Shown here: positions 19,214 through 27,511 of the stretch, in pieces
Position numbering within the stretch: the first letter of the stretch is position 1
Layout of the letters: each line of letters begins with the position of its first letter
NCBI GenBank assembly: GCA_016933055.1
Contig: JAFGBS010000027.1
Location: 60,001-92,000, forward strand
Origin: Promethearchaeota archaeon
GTDB taxonomy: Archaea > Asgardarchaeota > Lokiarchaeia > Sigyniarchaeales > Promethearchaeaceae
Reading direction: 5' to 3'
DNA: 32,000 nt
The notes under the pieces: model-generated
Databases searched by the model: none
Told to the model about the DNA's origin: nothing
What the model saw: the letters and a program-made list of their open reading frames with translations, nothing else
Made by a program: the position numbers and the translations under genes

Positions 19214-19867
19214 ATGCGAAACAAAAACGTGAAATATTTGTGGTTGATGGCCTTTGGATTGATGTTGATTTTTAATCTTTCTACTCAAATGGGATCAACA
19301 CATAGTCCAAAATTCATTGACTTGAAATATTACTTTAATGATGGTGTATTAAGTGTGTATTATACTCACGGAGTTAGCAATACTAGTTACCATTACGTTG
19401 ATCTGGTTGAATTTAAATTTTTTAACTTAACGGATGAATGGATGAATACGGGAAATGATGGAGAACCATGGACAGAAGAGGATAAAATCGAACAACCTGA
19501 TGTAACGGATGAAGACATAATTCTTATAGCTAATTTCAATGTAACTTACGACAAACAAGAAGACGATAGTCTGGATACTCAAGATACGCAGATTTTTCAT
19601 CATAACTACACGATTGCAGATTATAATGCGAGTTTAGAAATCCAATACTGGACTTATATTCGTGTTACAGCTCATTGTAATCTTGGTGGAAGTTTCACTA
19701 ATGATATCATAGCAGGTCACCTTTGGTGGGATGAACCACATTCTTTCTTGGAGGCATTAGTGCCCACTGCAATTTGCACTCTAGTTGTTCTCGCCCCCAT
19801 CATTATTTGGGCAATTATTGGCAAACAAAAAGAAAAACGAAAGAACAATCAGGAGGTTCAAGAATGA
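19214..19867 (+). CDS. Extracytoplasmic, membrane-anchored metal-binding protein with superoxide-reductase/desulfoferrodoxin-like His3Cys motif
   Basis: Signal-like N-terminus; H30-S-P, T-H52..H60-YV and H154-C155-NLGG parallel the SOR motifs KHVP, HP..EH.I and CNLHG; five N-x-S/T sequons; C-terminal TM with basic tail. Confidence 0.55.
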   Translation: MRNKNVKYLWLMAFGLMLIFNLSTQMGSTHSPKFIDLKYYFNDGVLSVYYTHGVSNTSYHYVDLVEFKFFNLTDEWMNTGNDGEPWTEEDKIEQPDVTDEDIILIANFNVTYDKQEDDSLDTQDTQIFHHNYTIADYNASLEIQYWTYIRVTAHCNLGGSFTNDIIAGHLWWDEPHSFLEALVPTAICTLVVLAPIIIWAIIGKQKEKRKNNQEVQE

Positions 19868-21336
19868 CCGCAATAGAACGAGAAATTAAGAAAATTCAAG
19901 AACCTGCAATGATTACACAAACTTTTGACGAGAAAAAGAAACATAGGTATAACAAAATCCATGTTTCTATCATTGTGTTTATTGGCATTCAAGTTTTGTT
20001 TCTGATCACGTTTTCCGAGCCATTTTCTCTATTTTGGGGGAACCATCCACTATTTAACATTTATAATGATGATATAATTAATCGATCCGCTCGGATTGTT
20101 ATGATTTATCACTCCTTGGCTAATCCTTTCGTTGTGGCAAACACTTTCTGGATTATGGAGTATTTTGATGTCAGAGAAAGATTTATCCCATGGTTGAAAT
20201 GGAGTTTAATCCCCGGTGCATATCTTTCTGGGTTATGTGGATTAATTTTTGCCTATACGCGTTTGAGAATTTTCCATGAATTATTTTATATCGGATTGGG
20301 CTTGATTTTCTTAGGTGGATGCATTTTTATCGTTGCAGCATTTCCGATCGCTGGAAAATTCCCCGATCCTAAGAAAGTGCCAAAGGATTCACTTCTTCAT
20401 GGATGGAGTTTAGAAAATTACTCCCTTGTGATTCTAGCAATTTGTGTTTTAGTATCCACTGTTTATGCTGGATTAGCTGCAATTGAGAATTTTACAGGAA
20501 CTATTACCGGATTGATGCGCGAAACTGATGCCTTTTTAGCTGAAGAAGTTGTAAAGATCTTACATCACGATTGGGTGGAAAAATTCGTCGTTTCTCATCT
20601 TCACATCCAATTATCTCTGAGTTCTGCCATGGTTGTAATGATAGGTTATCGCACAGCCCGAGTTAAAGGGATAGCATATAAGATCATCCTTTGGGCAAAT
20701 CCAGTAGGGGTATTGGTAATTTCATACGGGGCTTGGGTACTCAATCATTACATGATCTGGGCTGGTGCAGGTATTTTAATTCTCAATACGACTTGGATGG
20801 CGATACAAGGTTGGATAAACATCGCTAAAGATCATTATCAGACAAAAGGAATAGATATTAAAAGTTTGCGAGTTAGGAAGCGAATTTTGGGAATATTCAA
20901 AGATTCTGTGAAGTTCGCATTGTATTTTATCTATTTATATGCTCAAATTGTTGTTACAATCTGTGGAATCATCGTGGGTTTACAGACAAGAGAAGTCTAC
21001 CGAACACACGAGTATGTACAAGTCGAATACGACTTTAACGTGGGTCACTGGCATTTATTAGCAGTTTTGATTGCAACTTTACTCTTATTAACCGCCATTG
21101 ATCACTTCAGACATACTAAAGGTGTATTAAGAGATTTAGCTGGGTGGTTCTTAGGGATTGGGGGGTTCATTGCCTTCTCAGGTGCCAATTGGTACATGAT
21201 GCGGGATCCCGCCGTAAATAAATTTCCTTCCATGTATACAACATTTGTAGGAGTTTGGATCTTAACTCTAGGTTTTCTATTCGGCATCCTGACAATTATC
21301 ATAAACTATCGGAAAAACAGGAGGAATGAGAAATAA
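19864..21336 (+). CDS. 12-TM heme-copper oxidase/NO-reductase subunit I-like protein with non-canonical active site (490 aa; start revised to ATG 19864)
   Basis: GGAGGT SD and ATGA overlap with the upstream stop; 12 hydrophobic helices; H83 (TM2), H245-L-H247-I-Q249 (TM6), Y288 and N294-H295 (end of TM7), G-H395-W-H397 (TM10); co-operonic with heme O synthase. Confidence 0.6.
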   Translation: MTAIEREIKKIQEPAMITQTFDEKKKHRYNKIHVSIIVFIGIQVLFLITFSEPFSLFWGNHPLFNIYNDDIINRSARIVMIYHSLANPFVVANTFWIMEYFDVRERFIPWLKWSLIPGAYLSGLCGLIFAYTRLRIFHELFYIGLGLIFLGGCIFIVAAFPIAGKFPDPKKVPKDSLLHGWSLENYSLVILAICVLVSTVYAGLAAIENFTGTITGLMRETDAFLAEEVVKILHHDWVEKFVVSHLHIQLSLSSAMVVMIGYRTARVKGIAYKIILWANPVGVLVISYGAWVLNHYMIWAGAGILILNTTWMAIQGWINIAKDHYQTKGIDIKSLRVRKRILGIFKDSVKFALYFIYLYAQIVVTICGIIVGLQTREVYRTHEYVQVEYDFNVGHWHLLAVLIATLLLLTAIDHFRHTKGVLRDLAGWFLGIGGFIAFSGANWYMMRDPAVNKFPSMYTTFVGVWILTLGFLFGILTIIINYRKNRRNEK

Positions 21337-22136
21337 TGGCAACCTGGGTTGAAATGGGTGATTTATCTAAGATGCATCTAATCCTAACATGTATATTTAT
21401 GATAGGGTTATTCATACTCATACTTTTAATCGATTATTTCAAGTTTCAGAAGAAGAAAGGGCTGATATGGACCTTTATTGGCATTCTGATTGTCATAGGC
21501 GGGACAGTTTTAGGATTAAGTCTTGTTGAACCCATAATTCTACTTATAGCTGCAGAGGCGACAACACGATTAGTAATAATTGTATTAGGAATCTGCACGG
21601 CTTTTATAATGATAATCTCGTTCCTTACTATCATCATCTTAGAAAATATCCAAGGTATCCCAACGAAAAAGACTGTATATTCTATTCTGTTCACAGCCAT
21701 TGCTTTGATGGGAGTAATATTTATAGTAACAGTTGTTCTGGTTACATGGTTTTTGCCTCCCACAAGTGAAAACCTCCATTTAGGTTCTATCATTGGATTA
21801 CCCGCATTATTCATGCTTTCGGTTGGAACAATTGTGGTAATTTTTGACGAACCGAAGTTAGTAATATATCATGGTCTAACTGCAGGTGGTTCATGGATAT
21901 TGACATTTATGAATGTAATATCTCTATTTTCATTGACTCTGGAACAAATGAATTCCTATTCAGGATGGATCCACGCTACTCATATTCTTTTTGGCGGTAT
22001 CGGTCTGATTAGCGGATTTCTAAGTGCTTTGTTTGGAATTTCGGGTCAGCGAAAGTATGCAAAATTAACCGGATACGTTACATTGGGTTGTTGGTGGACA
22101 GCGTATTTCATCAGCCAATTCATAGTGGGTATTTGA
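21336..22136 (+). CDS. 8-TM His-containing membrane protein; C-terminal four helices resemble DUF420 (CtaM)/cytochrome b561
   Basis: TAATG overlap with the upstream gene; H148, H179 and H213/H216 at the starts of successive helices; final helix RKYAKLT..VTLGCWW. Confidence 0.4.
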   Translation: MATWVEMGDLSKMHLILTCIFMIGLFILILLIDYFKFQKKKGLIWTFIGILIVIGGTVLGLSLVEPIILLIAAEATTRLVIIVLGICTAFIMIISFLTIIILENIQGIPTKKTVYSILFTAIALMGVIFIVTVVLVTWFLPPTSENLHLGSIIGLPALFMLSVGTIVVIFDEPKLVIYHGLTAGGSWILTFMNVISLFSLTLEQMNSYSGWIHATHILFGGIGLISGFLSALFGISGQRKYAKLTGYVTLGCWWTAYFISQFIVGI

Positions 22137-22145
22137 GGAGGATTG

Positions 22146-23606
22146 ATGCAAATGACGAAAGAATGTATAACAAAAAAAATAGAAAAGCTCACAGCTGAAT
22201 TAGGTGAAGTGGTATCTCCTTTACATGTGACTACTGATCCCTATGAAATTGAAGCGGCCACTGGGGATTTATCAATTCTACCTAAGTATCATTATAAATT
22301 TAAAGAAGAACATATTGCCACGCATGTTGTTCGACCGAAAGATACAGAAGAACTTGCTAAAGTTATGAAGATCTGTAAGAACTATGATCAAAATGTGACA
22401 GTAAGGGCAGCTGGAACTTCGTGTTATTCCTCCAGTACCCCAACAAAAGGTGGGGTAGTAATCGATGTCCGTCGTATGAATAAAATCCATGAAATTGATG
22501 AGGAGAAGAAGATCGTTAAATGCGGTGCAGGAATTTCTTGGATTCGGCTCATTAGCTCGCTTCGGGCTAAAGGTTTAGCTCCTAAATGCTATCCTACCAG
22601 CTATAAATCCTCGTGTTTATCTGGATTCGTTCTCACCAGCGGTAAAGCGGGAATTGGGACCGTAAAATACGGACCTATGTTCGATGCATTAATCGCAATC
22701 AAACTGGTTAAACCGGATGGTTCTATAGTTAGAATTACAAAAACCAGAGGTGGAGAAATCACTTTAAACGATGTAGTGGGATCTTTTGGAATATTAGGTG
22801 CAGTTGCAGAAGTAGAAATGAAAGTTACTACCCTAAAACCTTCAATGGAATTTGCTGGATATGGATTTAACACGATGCCAGAAGCAATGGAATTCTACAA
22901 TGCTGCTAAAAATAATCCCGTAGATAAGCCATTTTTCCTTTCACTTAGTGATCACAAATTCGAAGAACTGTCTCATGTAACAATTCCTGCTCGGGATTTC
23001 TTTGTCTATGTCGTGTTCTATGATGAGCTTGAAAAAACCGGAAAAGCCATCGCAAATTTGACAGAAAAAGCAAAGAACTCAAACGGATTAGCAATTGATC
23101 ACTGGTATTTGGAGGAAAAATGGCGGGATATTGCAGAAACAGAACTGAATCTCGGTCGTCTGTGTAATAATCCAATTTTCCAAGAATATTGGATTGCTGA
23201 TGAACGAATTCCCCAATTTTATGAAACATATGCACCCATAGTAAAGGATGATAAATATCGAAATGCTTTTTATATGATTGCAGGAGCGAATGGAAAAAGC
23301 CGAATCAAGTTATTTGGGTTGTCTGATATTGAGAATTCCTTGGAATTCTTCGGAATTAAAGCGAACTTCAATTTGATGGCTCAAAAATCCTATAAAATGG
23401 GTGATGGGATTTACACCGTGGGTGTTGTAAACACATTCTACCAACTTCTATTCAATATGGAGCGCGTAAAATACATGCGAAAATTGAAAAATTCGGTGGA
23501 TCCAGATGACCGCATTAACTCGTATCGTATCACAAAAACAAAAATGCGCTTGTGGCGTGTAAAACTACTTTTCTTTATAGGAAAATTGCTATATAGGTGG
23601 GCATAA
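22146..23606 (+). CDS. FAD-binding oxidoreductase (FAD_binding_4, GlcD/D-lactate dehydrogenase-like)
   Basis: VVRP...EEL..V, RAAGTS, GGVVIDVRRMNKI, GAGI, YPTS and KYG..D....KLV.PDG motifs; C-terminal DPDDRIN; GAGGAGG SD (start 22146 or 22152). Confidence 0.85.
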   Translation: MQMTKECITKKIEKLTAELGEVVSPLHVTTDPYEIEAATGDLSILPKYHYKFKEEHIATHVVRPKDTEELAKVMKICKNYDQNVTVRAAGTSCYSSSTPTKGGVVIDVRRMNKIHEIDEEKKIVKCGAGISWIRLISSLRAKGLAPKCYPTSYKSSCLSGFVLTSGKAGIGTVKYGPMFDALIAIKLVKPDGSIVRITKTRGGEITLNDVVGSFGILGAVAEVEMKVTTLKPSMEFAGYGFNTMPEAMEFYNAAKNNPVDKPFFLSLSDHKFEELSHVTIPARDFFVYVVFYDELEKTGKAIANLTEKAKNSNGLAIDHWYLEEKWRDIAETELNLGRLCNNPIFQEYWIADERIPQFYETYAPIVKDDKYRNAFYMIAGANGKSRIKLFGLSDIENSLEFFGIKANFNLMAQKSYKMGDGIYTVGVVNTFYQLLFNMERVKYMRKLKNSVDPDDRINSYRITKTKMRLWRVKLLFFIGKLLYRWA

Positions 23607-23622
23607 TGACGGGGATGATAAA

Positions 23623-24987
23623 ATGACAGAAAAAAAATCAAAAAACGTAATTACAACGGGTCCTCCCGCTGCAGGTATATATTCACCCAATCAACAAAAT
23701 TTGATAAGACCTATTACAACAGAAGATGTGACGCAAGATTATTTACGCTGTGTCAATTGCGGGTATTGTCGAGATGTTTGTAGGGTATATAATATTACAT
23801 TCTCAGAAAGGGATTATGCTGGTGGACGTAACAGAGTTCTCAAGTCCTTAGCAAAGAAAGAAGTTCTATTTAATCCGTTAACCATTCAAGACTTAGTCTT
23901 TAAATGCATGTTGTGTGGTGCATGTAGAGAAGTATGTCCGGTAGGTATAGATACTCTTCATGTATTTCGCTCATTCCGCGTGCGGGCAGTAAATGCAGGA
24001 GTAATCCCCGAGAAGCTAGCTAAAGTTCGGGACTCTATTATAGAATTTGCCAATCCCTTTATGGAGGAGGGTACGCATCGTCACGATTGGTGTCAAGGGA
24101 ATGCTTGTAATGAGGGATATGTAGCATGGGAGAAAGGAGTAGAATTATATCGCAAGATCGAATCAGGAGAACTCAAACCGAAAGATGTTGATCCAAATTT
24201 AGTTGCGTACTTTATTGGTTGTACAAGCGCTTACAGAAACAATGAACTCTCAAGTGCAACATGTCGTGTATTAGATGCAATGGGGGTGAACTTCATTGTA
24301 ATTCCTGAAGAGAAGTGTTGTGGCTCAGTTCTATTTAGAACAGGCGTGGATGATGTAGCGACCAAACTGATGAAGTACAACATTGATTTAATACGTAAGG
24401 TTGGAATTAAGGAAGTGATCTTTTCTTGCGCGGGATGTTTCTCGACATTTTCAAACGAGTATGTGGAATATACTAACAACAATTTGGGATTTAAGCTCTC
24501 TCATGTAACTCAATTCATACCTAGATTCGCAAAAGAACACAACTTTTACTTTAAGTATAATCTTCGCCCAAAAGAGGATCCTCTTATTATTACCTTCCAT
24601 GATCCATGCCATCTGGCGAGATATACCAATGTTTATGAAGAACCAAGAGAGTTAATTAGCATGATAGAAGGTATTCGGCTTGTAGAAATGCAATATATTA
24701 AAAAAATGAATCACTGTTGCGGAGCTGGTGGGGGAGTTCGAGCTCTATACGGTGACATAGCAACTAATATCGCAGATTCTCGATTAGATGAAACAGTAGA
24801 ATGTTGGGACCAAATCAATGAAGACAGATTACTCGAAGCCGTTGAAACAAAAGCAGAATCCTTAGTATCAGCTTGCGTTTTCTGCAAGAATAACCTAAGT
24901 AATGCTGCCTCGCAATTTAAACCAGATTTACCAGTTCATGATATTCTACAAATACTTGAGAACTGTAAAGTCGTACGTATAGCATAG
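23623..24987 (+). CDS. Fe-S protein with two [4Fe-4S] motifs and two CCG domains (GlcF/HdrD/GlpC-like)
   Basis: CVNCGYCRDVC, CMLCGACREVCP, CCGS/SCAGC and HDPCH/CCGAGGG/ACVFC motifs. Confidence 0.9.
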   Translation: MTEKKSKNVITTGPPAAGIYSPNQQNLIRPITTEDVTQDYLRCVNCGYCRDVCRVYNITFSERDYAGGRNRVLKSLAKKEVLFNPLTIQDLVFKCMLCGACREVCPVGIDTLHVFRSFRVRAVNAGVIPEKLAKVRDSIIEFANPFMEEGTHRHDWCQGNACNEGYVAWEKGVELYRKIESGELKPKDVDPNLVAYFIGCTSAYRNNELSSATCRVLDAMGVNFIVIPEEKCCGSVLFRTGVDDVATKLMKYNIDLIRKVGIKEVIFSCAGCFSTFSNEYVEYTNNNLGFKLSHVTQFIPRFAKEHNFYFKYNLRPKEDPLIITFHDPCHLARYTNVYEEPRELISMIEGIRLVEMQYIKKMNHCCGAGGGVRALYGDIATNIADSRLDETVECWDQINEDRLLEAVETKAESLVSACVFCKNNLSNAASQFKPDLPVHDILQILENCKVVRIA

Positions 24988-25002
24988 AAATAGGAAAATG
25001 CA

Positions 25003-25884
25003 ATGAGTTTCAAAAAACTGCTAATTGACTACCACGAGTTGATCAAGTCAAAACAAACTCTCTTACTACTGGCAACATGCATCTTTGCATATTTAATGAC
25101 GGTTGTTCCAATGGAAGGGCGTTTTGATTGGTTGGAATTAATTCTATTGTCTTTTTCCACATTCATAGCGATCTCAGGAGCAACTATATTGAATATGTAT
25201 ATCGATCGGGATATTGATGCGAAAATGGAACGAACTAAAAACCGCCCATTACCAAGTGGAGAGATGAATCCCAATTTCGCTCTAATTAATGGTATCATTT
25301 TCACGGTGTTGGGATTAGCTTTAACGATATTTCTATGGAATTGGATAACATGCATGGTGATCTTCGTGGGATTTTTTGTTGATTTCGTCATATATAGTAT
25401 TTGGTTGAAACGAAAAACAAAATATAGTATTCTTTTTGGGGGGATTGCAGGAGGATTACCCGCCGTTGCAGGAAGAGTTCAAGCTATCGGTAATATCGAC
25501 TTGATTGCAATTCTTTTAATGTTTTTCATAGTAACTTGGATCCCTGTGCATATATTAACTCTTTCGTTAATACCGCAAAATCTGGAGGGATATAAAAATG
25601 CGGGTGTTCCTATGTGGCCAGTTGTAAGTTCTGAACAACAGACGATGAGGGTTATAGCTGGAAGTGCACTTGTAAATGCGGTTATTATGGGGGTAACTGC
25701 AATTTTGATGCAAATTCATTGGATTGTTGGAATAATTATTGGAGCTTGTTGTGCTATTATGATTATTCTAGTATTGATGAATTTAATCAAACCTACTCAA
25801 AAACTCACATTTACGATATTTAAATTTGCTTCAGCATTTATGTTATTAGGATTTGTATTGTTATATATTGGAGCGGTAGTATAA
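25003..25884 (+). CDS. ctaB: Protoheme IX farnesyltransferase (heme O synthase)
   Basis: NMYIDRDIDAKMERTKNRPLPSG, WLKRKT...I..GG.AG..P and W.P.H motifs are diagnostic of CyoE/CtaB within the UbiA family. Confidence 0.9.
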   Translation: MSFKKLLIDYHELIKSKQTLLLLATCIFAYLMTVVPMEGRFDWLELILLSFSTFIAISGATILNMYIDRDIDAKMERTKNRPLPSGEMNPNFALINGIIFTVLGLALTIFLWNWITCMVIFVGFFVDFVIYSIWLKRKTKYSILFGGIAGGLPAVAGRVQAIGNIDLIAILLMFFIVTWIPVHILTLSLIPQNLEGYKNAGVPMWPVVSSEQQTMRVIAGSALVNAVIMGVTAILMQIHWIVGIIIGACCAIMIILVLMNLIKPTQKLTFTIFKFASAFMLLGFVLLYIGAVV

Positions 25885-25918
25885 GAACAAAAAGGAAAAG
25901 AAAATGGAGGAATAAACA

Positions 25919-26659
25919 ATGGTAGAAAACTTGGAAGAAATCCACAAAACGACAACAATTATCAGTACACGGGTAAATTTCTCCGTACCAAAAAAAAGAT
26001 GGCTTGCGACCTATAGCATGAAATATCCTCAATTGCAATTCGAAATCCTTTCTTTATTATCTATCTCGAAAGATCAAGGGAATTGTTTACTCCATATCAA
26101 AGGATCGAAGGTAATTTCATTTTTCAAAGAATTCAGCAAAGAATATGATCCAAAAAAATATCAGTTAATTCTTGAGGAAAAAGGAGAGTTGTTAATGAAC
26201 ATTATTTTTGACTCTCCTTGGGTCATTTGGTCAATAGTAGAACCTCAAGTCATTATTTTATATCCAATTGAAATCCAGAATGGAAAAATCACTATTGAGT
26301 TGATTGCCCCAATTCGGAAAATTGAAGAAATATTTCGAAAACCGAAATGGTCAAAACTAAACTTAAAATTTACTGTAGCTAAGAAATACTGCGGAGCCCC
26401 TAGTTTGAATAAACATCAAAAAAATATTCTGGATAAGGCCGTGGAATATGGTTTGTTCGACATTCCTCGAGTTAACTCCCTAACAGATGCGGTTAAGATG
26501 TTGGAGAATGAAACGGGGAAAAAAATTTCAGTTTCTGCATTATCTGAAAATATCAGAAGAATTACCAAAAAATTAGCAGAATGCTATATTAATTGCCGCG
26601 ATACGAATGAAGTAGAATTAGATCTTTTATTAGAACTGAATAAAATCGAAAAAGGATGA
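25919..26659 (+). CDS. HTH_10 (bacterio-opsin activator-type) transcription regulator
   Basis: C-terminal L..HQ..IL..A...G.FD.PR...L....ISVSALSENIRR...KL. Confidence 0.8.
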   Translation: MVENLEEIHKTTTIISTRVNFSVPKKRWLATYSMKYPQLQFEILSLLSISKDQGNCLLHIKGSKVISFFKEFSKEYDPKKYQLILEEKGELLMNIIFDSPWVIWSIVEPQVIILYPIEIQNGKITIELIAPIRKIEEIFRKPKWSKLNLKFTVAKKYCGAPSLNKHQKNILDKAVEYGLFDIPRVNSLTDAVKMLENETGKKISVSALSENIRRITKKLAECYINCRDTNEVELDLLLELNKIEKG

Positions 26660-27483
26660 ATATTATGGTTTTAAACGTATTTCCAGAAAATTTGGCATGG
26701 CTTTGGGATATTATAGCTATGATTATTGCCACAGTCACGTTATTGTTGGTTGTAAAAATAAACGGTAAAATTGAAAAAAGTGGAAAACTTCCTTCATTTA
26801 TTACACGGAAGATCATACATATCGTCGTAGCACCAATCTTTCTGTTAACATGGTTCCTTTATACTTGCACAACAGTAAGCCGATATATTGCAATGATCGT
26901 CCCGTTTCTTTTTATTGTCCAGTTTATTGCAATCGGAACAGGTTTTTTGAAAGATGATGATTCGGTTAGGTCCATGTCGAGAACTGGAGACCCAAAAGAA
27001 TTGTTACAAGGGACTCTATACTACTCAATTATAATCCTACTTGTTACAGTAGTTTGGTTTTATGTTCCCGCATCCGCATTGAATTATGCTACATTAAAAG
27101 GAAATCCTACTGCATTCGTAATAATCGGCTGTTTGGCAGGAGGGGATGGTCTTGCTGACATCTTTGGTCGTATATATGGAAAAAAGAAATTTGGAATCGG
27201 TGGGGCTAAAAAATCGTTTGCTGGAGCAGTTGGCATGTTTTTTGGCTCTTTCATATTCAGCATCGGACTGATAGCTATATTCTCGATTGAAGTAGGGAAT
27301 TTTGAAGTAGTGACTTTGATGCTTCCAGTATTTATTATTTCAGTGGTAGCAACCATCGTAGAGTTTTTCTCCCCCCCAAAGATCGATAACATAACAATAC
27401 CTGTTGCTGTAATCATCGTCATTGTGTTATTGTTCTACTTAACCCCTTTATGGCCTTTTGATTTGATAACGATTATAGCCTAA
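26656..27483 (+). CDS. CTP-dependent prenyl-alcohol kinase (phytol/farnesol kinase, VTE5/FOLK-like)
   Basis: TRKIIH, SMSRTGDPKELLQGTLYY, GGDGLADIFGR.YG, KSFAG and DNITIP motifs; ATGA overlap with the regulator. Confidence 0.8.
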   Translation: MNIMVLNVFPENLAWLWDIIAMIIATVTLLLVVKINGKIEKSGKLPSFITRKIIHIVVAPIFLLTWFLYTCTTVSRYIAMIVPFLFIVQFIAIGTGFLKDDDSVRSMSRTGDPKELLQGTLYYSIIILLVTVVWFYVPASALNYATLKGNPTAFVIIGCLAGGDGLADIFGRIYGKKKFGIGGAKKSFAGAVGMFFGSFIFSIGLIAIFSIEVGNFEVVTLMLPVFIISVVATIVEFFSPPKIDNITIPVAVIIVIVLLFYLTPLWPFDLITIIA

Positions 27484-27511
27484 ATAAATAAAACGATGAG
27501 AACTTGAGGAA

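Noticed and set aside
19774-19863. 30-residue N-terminal extension of the 12-TM protein
   Set aside because: It overlaps the upstream gene; ATG 19864 has a GGAGGT SD and an ATGA coupling
19214-19867. Cytochrome oxidase subunit II or cytochrome c
   Set aside because: No CuA CxExCxxxHxxM motif and no CxxCH
19864-21336. Canonical cytochrome c/quinol oxidase subunit I (coxA/cyoB/ccoN) or norB call
   Set aside because: HPxVY, the HH pair and HLWVE are all absent in canonical form, so no gene symbol is assigned
21336-22136. Heme A synthase (CtaA)
   Set aside because: It lacks the ExxHR motifs and conserved Cys pair
25003-25884. DGGGP synthase or quinone prenyltransferase (other UbiA members)
   Set aside because: DRDIDAKMERT..RP and WLKR are specific to heme O synthase
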